From Ancylonema sp. (Eukaryota): a stretch of DNA of 64,000 nucleotides. The DNA lies in assembly GCA_050230475.1 (NCBI GenBank), contig JBFLGF010000226.1, forward strand, positions 1 through 64,000, written 5' to 3'. The position numbers and the translations under genes are program-made. Numbering within the stretch: the first letter of the stretch is position 1; every line of letters begins with the position of its first letter. Below, piece by piece: positions 1 to 12,399 of this stretch. The notes under the pieces are model-generated. The model was not told where the DNA came from, ran no database searches, and worked only from the letters and a program-made list of their open reading frames with translations.

Positions 1-816
1 TCTGCGATCGAACAATGTGATGAAATCCTGTCTACCAGCGTCACCGACACGACAACGGAGCAGATGGACGCGCTTTTTCTTCAGAAAGACCCCTTCGACA
101 TAGTCGGTGGTAACTATCATACATAAGTGGAGCGCACTTACAGCCATTTATGTGGCGGTCAAGACCATCGTCTCGCTCCACTCCTCGCTGTCATCAAATG
201 GATGCACTAGAGCGCGCGGCTCGCACAATTCTACCTGGTGCACATTTTCTACACCCATATCGGCACACCCGAGTACCCTCCTTGGGTGGACAAACTGTAC
301 CACGTGGCGCGTGCATTCCTTGGCAACGCTGCAGAGGTTCAACCACTCCAATTTCAAGGCCACGTCCATCGTCCAACCAAGGTGTGGACCAACTGCATAA
401 CACCACGCGAGCTGGAACTTGCGCAAACCAAGAGGCAGACCCGGGACCCTCTGCAAACCATCCTTCAACCGGGGCACACTACTCAGATCTTGACACTTCC
501 CGACTCAGTGAACCATCACATCAACCGCATGGGCAACCGCTTGGCAGTGTTCCCTACTTTGAGTCCTTACCTCTGGACATTCAACTATACGCTACGCTCG
601 GATGGACGACCCGGCATCGGTATGCTCTTCGATGCACCATCTCAGCAGTATGTGCCACCTTCTCCATTCGAAATCGAGCAAGCCCTGGGACGACCGGTGG
701 GTTACACAGCCCATGGTCGCATCACCGACGCCCTGCGCGCCTCCCACCTGGGCCACATGATGGACGGACGACTCGTCATGTTCCTGGCGGAAATCCTCCG
801 GGGCACCAAACCATAG
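1..816 (+). pseudogene. DNMT3-like C5-cytosine methyltransferase domain with altered catalytic motifs; two in-frame stops
   Basis: Frame 1 reads SAIEQCDEIL..KDPFDIVGGNYHT*..WMH*..IFYTHIGTPEYPPW..AFLG..HRPTKVWTN..FEIEQALG..HLGHMMDGRLVMFL*. It is colinear with motifs IV, VI, VIII, IX and X of the DNMT at 39134-40279. Confidence 0.75.
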
Positions 817-1749
817 GGATCACCCCTCACCTCGGAACAAAGGTATTTACCAACCTCAACTCTGGGAGAGGGACACTAGATCCTCACTGGGGGAGGGACA
901 CTAGATCCTTTGGTCAACAATTTTCAACCAATCCTGTCAAACCACACGGACGGAACAAATCAAATTCCAAAGTCAACAGTCAAAACTAAACTCCGGGAAA
1001 ACCCAATACAGCCAAAAGTTAACACACCAATTTAGGACCTAACATGGTATCGAAACCCGGTCCACGACCACGGCTCTCAAATTCAACCAAACCAACCAAA
1101 TTAAGGCCTAAAAACTCAACGGTCAAACTTGATCCTTCTAGTCCACGACATTCTGGTCTCCGGTCCTTACCTGGTCAACAGAGTAACATTCGGAATCAGC
1201 CTCCAACCATCCCAAACCTACCAAACATCACTTTGATATCAAACCAACCAAGACGACAATCTCATTCAACATCTCATGCCGCCTCTTACCACACGAGGAA
1301 ACATCATCCAAAATAGCATGATGATTTCTCTTTCATCAACCACACTTCTCAATACCAACCATCGGAACCACCTTGAGTACCACATGTACAACTACATTTT
1401 TCTTTATCACCATATTCTACCTCACTATCCACCATCTCGGATTCGCTCAGCATACCCGATAGTCTACCATACTTGCTGGAAGTACCATCTTCCCCAGCTT
1501 ATGCACACACCGTTTATACATATTTGGATGATTCTACCATTCCTACCTATACTCAGGGATCTGCACCTGACCTTGATGCATTGTTCGCATTATTAAGTAC
1601 ACGATTACCTTCTACTGGTGATCTTGTTTTACCTTCACCGTCGAGTTCTGCCACTCAATCGTGGCATACTTTTGGCATGTAATTATACAACCTCGTTTGC
1701 TGTTGTTTCCTAGCTCCTTCACAAGCGTTCCACAGCTTGGGGGGGGGAG

Positions 1750-1944
1750 TGAGAGCAACCGGACCACCAAGTCCACCTAAGACCCTTCTATCACCTACGA
1801 ACATCATCGATACCAACCCACTCGACATCATCGCTACTCCACCTCGAGCATTACCACATGCATCATTCTGAGAAACATCCGGGAACAAAGGTGACAAAGT
1901 ATGTAGAATATCATTTTAGACGGCCGACTCCAAACAGCACGTCA
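1750..1944 (+). repeat. Gypsy-type 3' LTR (~195 bp)
   Basis: TG...CA ends and a preceding PPT. Its last ~48 nt (CAAAGTATG.AGAATATCATTT...CGGCCGACTCCAAACAGCACGTCA) match the end of the LTR at 35564-35775 (-). Confidence 0.75.
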
Positions 1945-2492
1945 AAAGTAACGAGAGCGACACAAGATTACAGCAACAGATGCGTCGATACTTGATCAGC
2001 AAGCAATCGATTATGATACAATTTTGCAAATATTGTCAATAGTAGCAAAAGAGATGTGCGAATGGATTGCATGGATGAGCGAACGCTCGGGAATTCAAAC
2101 ATGAGATTTATGATTGTGCAGCAGGTGAGACCTCTTTCTCTCCTTGTTAAACAACTAGGCCAGCCATGGCCCCTATCACACCCTAACTGTCTTACAAAAC
2201 TTTCAGACCTCCTTGAAAATCCACCCCCTAGACCATGACATCCCATAATATCAGGCAGGGCGCAGGGTTGGAAGGGTGTTTGGTAGTTTGTTAAGACGTT
2301 TCCTCACATTCTTGACTTATACTCTTCCACTAAGTCACGCCCTCTAGCACCCCTTGAAACCTGGCTACCTCCTAGCAACTCAGCTATCAACTCTAAGCCA
2401 GTTGACTTAAGGTTCACGGGGTTTAGGGTTGGAAGGGTGCTCGGGGGAGGAAAATGATGTTCCTTTTAAGGGGTGAAGGTGGGAGTTTCTTC

Positions 2493-3292
2493 CAGGGATG
2501 CACCGGGACGGCAAAAATATCTGCAAACGCCGTTTTGCAAACGCGGACGTACGGAATACGTACGTACGGCAAAAATGTTGCAAACGTTTGCATTTTGCAA
2601 ACGTTTTGCAAACGTTTGCATTTCGCAAACGTCCGCAAATTTATTCCTAGATAGGCCCGGATAGGCCCGTTCCCGGCTAAGCCGTAAACCCATGATATCC
2701 GGCGGACTCTCTATGTTGTCGTACCCCTAGTTTGTCCACGTCAGTTTGCTGTATCCCCGTTTATGTCATCATTACATTTCCCCCGTGTTTTCCCTGTCCC
2801 CGTCATAGCACGTCCCTATTCTGTCGTGTCTTCGGTTCCACCATCGTATCTTGGTCCGTAGCCCGTCTCCTGTTCCATCATAGATTATGTTTGTCGTGGG
2901 TGAGACAAAATCTTTCAGTTTTCTAAAATATATAGCATCTAACGGGTGAGCGTCGTTCACTACCCTGTCCCATCCCCCGATGCCGTCCGAATCCCCTCTT
3001 GTGAGTAGATTCTGTACACATTCACGACCGACTCTACCAGTTTTGTTTCAATCCGGAGTCATCAGTACGGAAATGTACGAACATGTACGGACTGTACGGA
3101 CGCAAACGTTTGCAAGCGCAAACATTTGCATCCGTACATTCTGTACCCGTTTGCCGCATTTCACGGCCGTATTCCGGACGTTTGCGGGTAAATCCGTACG
3201 CCGTTTGCATTTGCCAGGGCCGGCAGATTGCCCTCGGCCCCGTCCGGAAAACGTGCCGTACAGAAAACGGGCCCCGGCCCGGTGCATCACTG
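2493..3292. mobile_element. Non-autonomous hAT element (MITE), 800 bp
   Basis: TIR CAGGGATGCACCGGG / CCCGGTGCATCACTG (14/15). Perfect 8-bp TSD GTTTCTTC (2485-2492, 3293-3300). Many subterminal TGCAAACG and CGTACG repeats. Confidence 0.92.
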
Positions 3293-3588
3293 GTTTCTTC
3301 AAGTAGCCCCTTTCCGGGCATACCCACAACCATATATGCAAATACCCCCTTTTCCTTGCCTCCCCCACTAACTGCACCCCCTCCTACTAGGATGCCACCT
3401 CCTCCCCCTTTGATGCCACCCCCTCCACCTCTGGGCTGCACTATCCCTCCTAGTAGGATCAGCAGACCATTAGTATGTCTCTAAACATCTACCCAACTTT
3501 TGCCATGCCTGGACAACCTAGGCAGGCCCCTTTCACTCAGGTGGAAGCCTACCCCCCCACGTTTGATAAGACAGTCGAGGCTCACCAG

Positions 3589-4500
3589 CTACTGACCCAA
3601 GCTGGGCACGTGCAGGGCATTCACCAGCACCTCCTCCACCGACGCGATTTTCTGCAGCGCCACTTTCACCTGGGCTACACCCAAGACTGGATGTGCGCGG
3701 CCATCTGCTGTTCTGACATGCCTCTTGTCAGTTGACACTGTGGTGGAATATCGCATGAGTCCTGACGGTTTTAGGAAAACATGATCGGTTGCTGCAGAAT
3801 CTGATATCAAAAGTTGCTCCTGCACTTCTGCCCCCGATCCTTCCTTCTCGGCTAGGGCACTCCGGGAGAAGACAACCGTCCCAAAAGTGCCTCTCCCCAC
3901 GTCTAACTTCTCAAAATCTAGGGCACTCTCGGCTAAATGCGTTGAAGCATAGTTAGCTCGCCTGACCTGCCCCTCTGCATCCTGCCGCTTCAGATCGCAT
4001 TGCTCGACTCTGTGACCTGGCTCCTGGCAGTAAGCGCACATCAGCTCACGCTGCTGCTGCCCTTGCTGCCGATTTCTGCCATACTGCTGGCCTCCGATGC
4101 TTCCTCCACCGAACTGCTGCTGCCCCACATGTTGTCGTTTCTGCCCTCCATACCGCTGCTCATTTTGCTGCTCGGATCGTTGGCAGTCTCGCACTAGATG
4201 TCCGGGGTCGCAACAGTTGTGACAGCGCTTCTGCGGCTGGCCGCCTTCTTGGTGGCCTCCGCTTCCTCCATTCGGGCAATTCGACTTGTAATATCCGACT
4301 TCCTAGAAACCGTGGCATCGCATGTTGCTGATGTCCCCTCTACCGCCTTTTTGGGGCCTGCTACCATGTGGAGCTCCTCCAGATCCGCCGTAGTAGAGTT
4401 GTGGTCCTCCGAGAGGCTCGCCATGCTTCCGCGCGCTGACGGTGAGCTTTGTGTCCTTCCGCTACAGAGCCGAGGTAATGTGGGGGATGTAAAGATTCGG
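3589..4500 (-). pseudogene. Ty1/copia gag zinc-knuckle/protease fragment
   Basis: CAYCQEPGHRVEQC knuckle, ISDSAATDH protease-like motif and VRTADG..ALHVPSLG. Nucleotides 4380-4500 are near-identical to the copia gag at ~58650-58760. Confidence 0.8.
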
Positions 4501-4509
4501 TGATGATGA

Positions 4510-4977
4510 GTGGTACTATCCGCAACAATGATACGTATCGCACGATGGATCAAGCGTATGGCAATTTGTTTCTTGGAATAGTTAATCATAAAAGTGCGGA
4601 TCGTCGGGATAATATACCCAAACGATCGTACAACACGGATCTCAATTCTAACAGTCGGCGGTCGGAACTATTGACCGCCGCCCAATCATAAGACCGCTAC
4701 ACACAAGTTCATCGGCACCATCGCCGGACTGAACTGACACACTAGATTCTAGCCAATACGAGCGTGCCACCGCCCTAGGTACATTCTGACAAACTGCACC
4801 TAGATTGTAACGACAACAATTATGGCACACCGCGGTGTGCCAAGACGGTTGGATGCCCGGGTGTGGTACGGCTCCTTAAACAATAGGACTTGGTACTTAA
4901 TATGCTAAACTGCATTTTAGGCTAAGTCCGGATTAGGCCAAACAAGGTATGCCTATCCGATAATTCAAATCCTAACA
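4510..4977 (-). repeat. Copia 3' LTR, diverged from the 5' LTR
   Basis: Starts TGTTAGGATTTGAATTATCGGATAGGCA right after the PPT ATCCGAGGGGG. The distal end is not resolved. Confidence 0.65.
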
Positions 4978-7900
4978 TACCCCCTCGGATGCACCTGCCT
5001 TGTTTGGCAATCTAGTGGTGCACCAGACTATGCTAGACGCGATAATCACATAGTAAGGTCTTCCTAAGTCAAAGACACAAGACTTAGGGCTCCTATCTAC
5101 AAGTCCACAAACGCTCCCGTTGAAGAGCTCCCGCTCCATCCCACGGTTTCGGGCCGAAGCCCTAAACAATACAAACAAAAAACACAAGTAAGTCCGAGAA
5201 ATTTTAACTTAGAACAAACTTTTTATTTTGACTTTTTATCCGAGAAATCAGAAAAATTCTGGAAAGCATGACTTCCACACTACTCAACAAAACAAGTTGA
5301 GATTTGCACCAAATTCTTATATCATAACTAGCAACATACACACCAAGATTCAGGCTAATCTGCCAAAACATGCAAAAGTTAAAAAAGTGGAATTTTTTTT
5401 TAGTGTTTTTAAAGTTTTCAGGCTTGGAGTTGACTTAGCTTGTAAGGTTACCTGAAGTAGTCCCTGAATCAGCTTGTCCTCCATCGTCCTATGGTGCACC
5501 TCACCCCTCAGTCACCCCCCTGCCAAGCGAGGCAAATGTATCCGCTTCCAGAAATGTACCCCCTGTTTATGAAACTCTTCCAAACCCAATTGTTTTGCAA
5601 TGCCTGTCTAGAAGCAACTGAGGTAATGCCTTTGTCAACATGTCAGCAGGCTGTAAGGAACCGCTGAGATGCTCGTACCTAATTCGACCTCTCCTATGAC
5701 ATTCCCTTACCCAGTGATAGACTACGTTGAAATGTTTAGCCTTCTGGCGCTGGACTGGATTGATGATCATGGAAAGTACAGAGTTAGAGTCAGTGTAGAC
5801 TGTAACCTGGACCGGTATTTTGAGCTCATGCAGGAGCGACTTCAAGTAACAACACTCCTTGCTGACACTACAAGCTGCAATATATTCTGCCTCGGCTGTG
5901 CTCTGAGCAACAGTTGATTGTTTATGACTTTTCCAGCTCAGTGCTGTCCCCCCAACTGTGGTGACCCAACCAGTGACTGACTTCCTTGTCATCTGAAAAC
6001 TGTTGTAACTGGCATCGCAGTACCCCCTGACCTCAAGCTTCTTCCTGCCTACATACGTAAGACCGTGATCCCTGGTACCCTTGAGATATCAGAACAAGTG
6101 GTGCATGGCCTTTACGTGGTTTGGACCTGGATTAGACATGTGTTTTGCTAGCACCCCCAAAGTGTATGCTATGTCTAACCTGGTCTGTTTCATGGCGTAG
6201 ATCAGACTTCCTACTTTAGCCCCAAACTCAGTGATCAGTTCAGGCGCACGGGCAGAGGTTGGTTCATCAGAAAGGGTGAATTGGGTTTCAGGTGCGAGAG
6301 GGAGTTTAGAAGGGTTGCAGTCAGACATGCCAAACCTATCTAACACCTGTCCTATAAAACCCCCTTGATGCAGCGTCAACCGCCGCTGTGCCCTTTCCCG
6401 TTTGACTTCCACCCCCAGGATATGGGTTAGGGGACCCAGATCTTTCATCTTAAACTTTCCCCCCATGTCCTGTTTGAACTCAGCTACAACCTTCTTGTTA
6501 GGACCTACTATGACCTGATCGTCCACATGTACTGCTAAAATGATCTTATTTTGCCCTTCACCCCTCATATACAAGCAGGTGTCCATCACACTCTGTGTAA
6601 AACCTGACGCCATCATGAACTCATTGAACATCTTTTTGCCACACGTAGCTACTCTGCTTCAGACCATAGAGGGCCCCTAGCATCTTCAACACCTTCCCCT
6701 CTGACCCCCCTTCTATCTATCTTCCTGAACGGAGGGATTTTCATGTAAACCTCCTCCTCTAACCTCCCATGCAAGAAGGCCGTGACGACATCCCTATCTC
6801 CCACTCCTCCTAATTAGCTAAGGCTAAAAGCAAAGATATAGAGGTGCTATCTACTACAGATGCGAATACTCTTCATTATAGTCTATCCCTTCCTGTTGTA
6901 AAAACCCTTGAGCTACTATAGCCTGACTTTGTATTTTTCAATATCCCCATCTGGTTTGAGTTTTTGATCTTGAAGACGTACTTACAGCCCACTAGCCGTT
7001 TCCCTGGTGGCAGCTTGCAGACTTCAAATGTTTTGAACTCGTCGAGCGCATCCAGCTCCGTGTGAATAGCTTCTTCCCATAACTGCCAATCAGGACGCTG
7101 AATGGCTTGTGCAAGTGTGAGTGGGTCAAAGGAGTTAGTAGCCTGGCTAGCTAGAACATATCCTGGATCTACCGGCCCATTGAATCCTGTGACGAAACAG
7201 GAAGGCTTGAAGTCAGTAGGCATAGTATTCTCAGCCATAGCGTCAAGGGCATCATCATCCAACTCCTCCCCATCACATCACAACAGCTCCCCAAATTCTA
7301 AGAAGTTGACCCTCCTCCTGGCCATGACCCTATCAGAAATCGTGTCCGCACCCCCGATATTGGCACCCCCCTCACTCTTCTCCCCCCCCCTGGTTGCTCA
7401 CCCCTGATTGGCTATCTGACAGCTCAACCACATCGATGGGGGGAACAACTCTTGGAACTCCTAGAGCCTGGTGAACTAGGTTGACTGCTCCTGGTGTTAC
7501 GGCAGGTTGAAGTGCTGCTGGCGCTCTAAGGGCTGCTTGTCTATTGGCTGCGACATCTTCGTCTTCGTCCTCCGGGAGTGTTAGGAAGAAGTCTGCGTCT
7601 CTCAGTTGCTCTGGCTGCGGCTGCTCCCTGTTGCCCATCAATCGCGGGTAGCCTGGAATGGCCTCGAAGAATTTCACGTCCGACCGGACGATGGTGCCAG
7701 GTCGCAGGGGATTGAAGATTTGGTACCCTGCGTGGTTCTGCGCCATCCCAATAAACACCCCGAAAGCAGTCCTGGACGCATATTTTCCCCCTTGTTTACC
7801 CTTGTCAGCACCTATCTTCAGGTATTGGACCAGACATCCGAACGTGTGGCTGTTCTGCTGACGTATCCTGGACCCTTCTTTCTAGACCTCTATCAGTATC

Positions 7901-9790
7901 CTGCCCTGCAGTCTTGCTGTCGGTGTCCTGTTCCTACGCCAGTTAGATTGAAGCAGCGCAACATCCCAGTATGACCTAGGCAATTTTGACCATAACAGCA
8001 GACACCTCATCTTCTCAAGCAACGTCCTGTTCAACCTCTCACAAATTCCGTTCTGCTCTGGACTATGGGGAGCTGTTAGTTCATGACGGATACCCTTGAC
8101 CTCGGTAAACTCCTCCCACTCAGCAGACGTATACTCCCCACCACCGTCAGTCCTGATCGACCTGAGCGGTAGCCCTCACTCAACCTCTAGGACCTTGATC
8201 ATCCCCTTCGACTTCTCTAACGCCTCATCCTTATGTTTGAGCAAGGAGATAAAAGACAGTCGGCATCCCACCTCTATCCCTATCTGGAAATAAGTGTACC
8301 CCCCGTGTGCTGACTTGACAGCTGACGATCCGACCAGATCTAGATGCACCCTAGACATCTTCGGTACCTGACTGACGTCTTGAATGCCTGACCTATGTGG
8401 CTTTTGACTCATATTGCCCTAACAGCACACCTCACAGTCCTTGACCTCTAGTTGATCCTCTTGACTCAACCTAGGAATGTCCCCACGTGCGATCACCTCT
8501 TGCATCAACTGATTGGCAGGGTGACCCAGCCTGTTGTGCCATAGCATGTCGGTGGATAAAATTTTCTATCTGACTTTGACGGTCAGGCAGAGTGATGACA
8601 TGACCGAATAGCAATATCAACCCGCTTCTATGTCGGTGAACATCTGCCCATTTTACACCGTCCTGAGTTAGGGAAGGGACCCCACCTTTTCCGAGCTTGA
8701 ACTCAATGTCTCTAGACTCGTTGAGGCGGATCACGGAGACGAGGGTGGTGTTGAGCGAAGGGACGTGGAGGGCTTGCAGGTTCACGATAAAACTGGATTC
8801 CCCGTTGTTCACCCTGATTGGCACCACACCAGTCCCCTCCACCATGTGCGGTTTTCCGTCTGCCGTGTAGACAAAGGATCTGGCCAGCGACACGCCCTTG
8901 GTGTACTCCGCGAAATGCTCACGATCATGGAAGACAGTGTCCGTTGCCCTGTATCAAGGATTAGAGACTTTCCATCAGGACCAAGAGCATAAGCTGCTGA
9001 CAGGTTAGATGTGATCGCATTGATATAGCTTCCCTGGCCAACATCTAATGCCTGAGATGCAAGATCGTCATGAGAAGACTGTATTTTGGCCATGAATTTG
9101 ACATGGGCAGCGGTGTCATCCCTTTTCTTCCGGCACACATCCTCGGTGTATCCGTCGTTCATGCACCAATTGTACTTGGCACCCCCATTCTGCTTCCTCG
9201 CGCCATAAGGCTGCACGCCACCGTTTTGGTGGCCGCCATACTGCTGACCTCCGCCTTGTTGTCTTGGTGGGTCTCGACACTCGTACTTCAAGTGGCCGGC
9301 ACGTCCGCAGTTGTGGCACTTCTTCGGCCCTTGCTCTTGGATCCCCGCAGGACAGTTCGTTCGCAGATGCCCGTACTGCTGGCAGCCGTGGCACTGGATG
9401 CCGCGAAGGTCTCGTACGCCGCTACCGCCACCCCCTGGCCTTGAAAGCCCACCCTTGGTATGCTGCTCCGGTGAAGTGGGGGATGTTACTCCGATCCGCC
9501 ATCTGCACCAAGATTAGAACAACAATTTCCGACACAAAGATGTAGCAGCTAGCAGCTCTAGCAAAAACTTTGGCGGCAATTTACAACACGCAGCTCACAG
9601 CTCACAACACAAAAAATAAGTGCAAAACGTAATTCACAAATTACGAGCCTAGCAATTCCATATCTAATTGCCCTAACAATTAGGCACAATTTACAGTGAT
9701 TTCCAGAGAAACTTTGCCTGACAGTGAAAACGTGGAAATCCATAGGGTCCGACTGCTCAGATGTCCTAGACAACCTGTAGGCCCATAACC

Positions 9791-10678
9791 TAAATAGATT
9801 TGTCACTTAACACGGTAGCGCACAAGTTCAATGCTTTACAATACAAGAAAAAATAATTGTACTATAAAGCAACAGCGATTCGGTATGATTGTGAAATGTT
9901 AAGGGCTTAGCTAGGGCAACGTCCGAGGAGTCTAGGGCAACGTCCCATTTCCAGCGAGTTCCTCGTGTTCGATCGAAAGTATTGACGATGACCGTAGATA
10001 CGGCTCGAATTGAACTCGAGTTCCGTGAGCCGTCGGTCTACATTTTTCGTATTGACCGGAATCTCGCGCAAACTTTGATGTCCCGTCTAGGCAACGTGGC
10101 CGTCGCAGACACCAGTACAAGGTGTTTAAAATCCCGGTCCACGACGTGTAGATCGCGGTACCTCGTCCGTGTGGTTATCGGAAGGTTACGACCAGCAGGG
10201 TCATGCGAGCCGTATCTACAGTCATCGTCAATACTTTTGATCGAACACGAGGAACTCGTTAAAAATGGGACGTTGCCCTAGACTCCTCGAACGTTGCCTT
10301 AGCTAAGCCCAAATGTTAATTATGAAAGCGTTATCGTCGGGCTAATGTACCCAACGAGCTGACAACGGTACAATGATTACTGATTGCTTTTCTAGCCGAC
10401 GGTCGGAACTATCGACAGTCGTCGTGCCACCGCACGTGTGTCCACGGCACTATGCCGGACTCGACTGTCACCACACCAATCCAGCCACTGGCGTGGCGAC
10501 ACCGCCTAGCATCCTACAACGACTACTAGAAACGTCACGCCCGTACAAGTGCGGACGCGCCATACGCGGACGGGGACGGATACCCGTTCCCGGTTCCGTG
10601 TCCTAAAAGACTCTAAGGCAATTAGTTGGACAAGGCAAACAAGTTATTAATGTGCCTATCCGAACTCAATTCCTAACA
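9791..10678 (-). repeat. Copia 5' LTR interrupted by a MULE MITE
   Basis: Without 9903-10319 it aligns along its whole length with the LTR at 57260-57732 (+). TG...TA ends, abutting the PBS. Confidence 0.9.
9903..10310. mobile_element. Mutator-like (MULE) MITE, 408 bp
   Basis: ~100-bp TIRs beginning GGGCTTAGCTA. 9-bp TSD AAATGTTAA (9894-9902, 10311-10319). Absent from the sister LTR at 57260. Confidence 0.92.
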
Positions 10679-11470
10679 CTACCAGCGCTGTGCACTTCCC
10701 TCTCAGCATGAAGGCTGTGAACATCTTTCCTCCGACCTTGCTACTATGTTTCAGTCCGTATAGTGCCCCCCTCATTCTCAAAACTTTCCCCTCAGCCCCT
10801 CCCTTTATCTCTATAAACGGTGGAATCTTCATGTACACTTCCTGAGTCAGTCTCCCGTGCAAGAAAGCGGTCACCACGTCCATTTGTTCAATTTCCCTAC
10901 CCTCTTGATTCGCGATAGCTAGTAGAATAGAGATAGAGATACTATCGACTACAGCTGCGAATATTTCATTATTGTCCAATTTTTCTTGTTGTAGGAAACC
11001 CTAAGTGACCAGTCTGACTTCAGATCTGTCAAGGGCTCCCATGGGTGTGTATTTTATTTTGAAGACATATTTACACCCCTCAGCCTTTTTACCTCGCGGA
11101 AGTTCACACACCTCGAAGTTTTTGAATTCTCCCAAGCTCTTCAACTCCTCCTTGATGGCAGCTAACCACTGGTCCCAGTTTGGCCTCTTCATGGTATGGA
11201 TCAGCGTCAAGGGGTCGGAGGAGCGAGCAAAAATGGCCACCATGTAGAATCCAGGGTTAGAGGGGCCGTTGAAGCCTGTGAAAAAGCAGGTTGCCTCCCA
11301 ATCCTCGTCCTGAATAGCTGCTTCCATCGCCTCGTCGTCGAACTCCTTCCCATCATATCAGAGGACATCCCCAAAGTGGGCGACGTTTGCCCTCCTCCTC
11401 GCCATCACACGCTCAACTATGCTGCCAGCATTCACCCCCGGGTTGGCACCCCCTCCACCCCCTCCTAGGA
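10679..11470 (-). pseudogene. Ty1/copia RT fragment
   Basis: QMDVVTAFLHGRL..VYMKIP..ALYGLKHS and GCKYVFKIK motifs. Confidence 0.85.
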
Positions 11471-12399
11471 CTTCCTCAAGAAAACGCCGCCTCTCTCCTC
11501 CTCGGATTGGTCGAGAACTAAGCTCTTGTATATGTAGCAGTAGTTCCTTCTAGGTTCCGAAACACTCACACGTTAGACTCATTAAATGTTAATGTTAACA
11601 GCTGTTTAAAAATGTCCATGATATTCATTGCTCCAACCGTCCACTGCTCTTACTCCATATCCAACAGAATGCGCGTGTCTCGTGTTGCTTTGTAACAACC
11701 TTAAGACCTCCCCAACTCTCCTTGTAAATTGTTGTGGTATATTTTGTCTATCCGGATGTATTGGTATCATGACGCACTTGTATATCAACACACACGTTGA
11801 ATTGGATAATCATGCCAATGCAACTTACTGTAGGAAACACATAATAAACACATTTGCTCATTCACTTTGTTTCATTCGCAAAGTCCATGAGCCAATTACC
11901 ATGGATACTTATCAAATCACAACGATTGATAATATGTCATATTAAATGACATCGTGTGCTTATAACGGGTATGTAGCACCGTTATCGAGGGGTAGGAGCC
12001 TTTATGACGTGAATAGTTAAGTTGCCGCTATAGCGGGACAAATGTTCTGAGAGCTTCTGTTAAGGTACGGAGATCACAAGGTCGTCGTCAGCCGCCTTTG
12101 TGAGGGTTGGATATAATTGGTTCCCTAGGATTCTATGTCTTGCCATAAGTCCTTAGCCGATAGCCACCAAGTTTAGCCAACAGAGTGCCGGTGTCACGCG
12201 TGCGACCGGTGTTGTAGGCTTTCGGGCCAGCGCCGCTCTTCAAGTCCGTTGGTGCCCTCCTACTTAATGTCCAAGCTAGACACATCGTGTTCAGTTTTCG
12301 GAAACTCTTCCCGGGACATTTTATTCACTCGCACGTATATTTCGCTCATGTTATGACTTTTTGCAGTGCAACGTGATTACTTGCTGTTAGGTGGAATAT

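Larger units (their letters stand above)
1..1944 (+). mobile_element. 3' part of a gypsy-related LTR element carrying a DNMT3-like domain, with no RT/RH/INT downstream; runs off the window start
   Basis: A DNMT-like reading frame ends at 816. About 0.9 kb with no RT/RH/INT motifs follows, then the PPT TTGGGGGGGGGAG (~1737-1749) and an LTR TGAGAGC...CAGCACGTCA (1750-1944). Confidence 0.75.
4510..10678 (-). mobile_element. Degenerate Ty1/copia retrotransposon (gag-PR-INT-RT-RH), frameshifted
   Basis: 5' LTR 10678-9791; PBS GGTTATGGGCCTAC (9790-9777); PR LILDTG; INT RVHLDLVG; RT AVHVDD and DLGPLTHILGVEV; RH AQSTAEAEY..PADMLTKAL (5567-5992); PPT ~4980-4987; 3' LTR starting at 4977. The left end is approximate. 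Confidence 0.9.

Noticed and set aside
2420..2432. Interstitial telomere repeat (TTTAGGG)
   Set aside because: Only about one unit is present, which is expected by chance.
2520..3260. CRISPR-like palindromic repeat array
   Set aside because: There is no regular repeat-spacer period, the context is eukaryotic, and the repeats are explained as hAT subterminal motifs.
11480..11950. Possible coding remnant (short ORFs on both strands)
   Set aside because: No recognisable motif, so no call can be supported.
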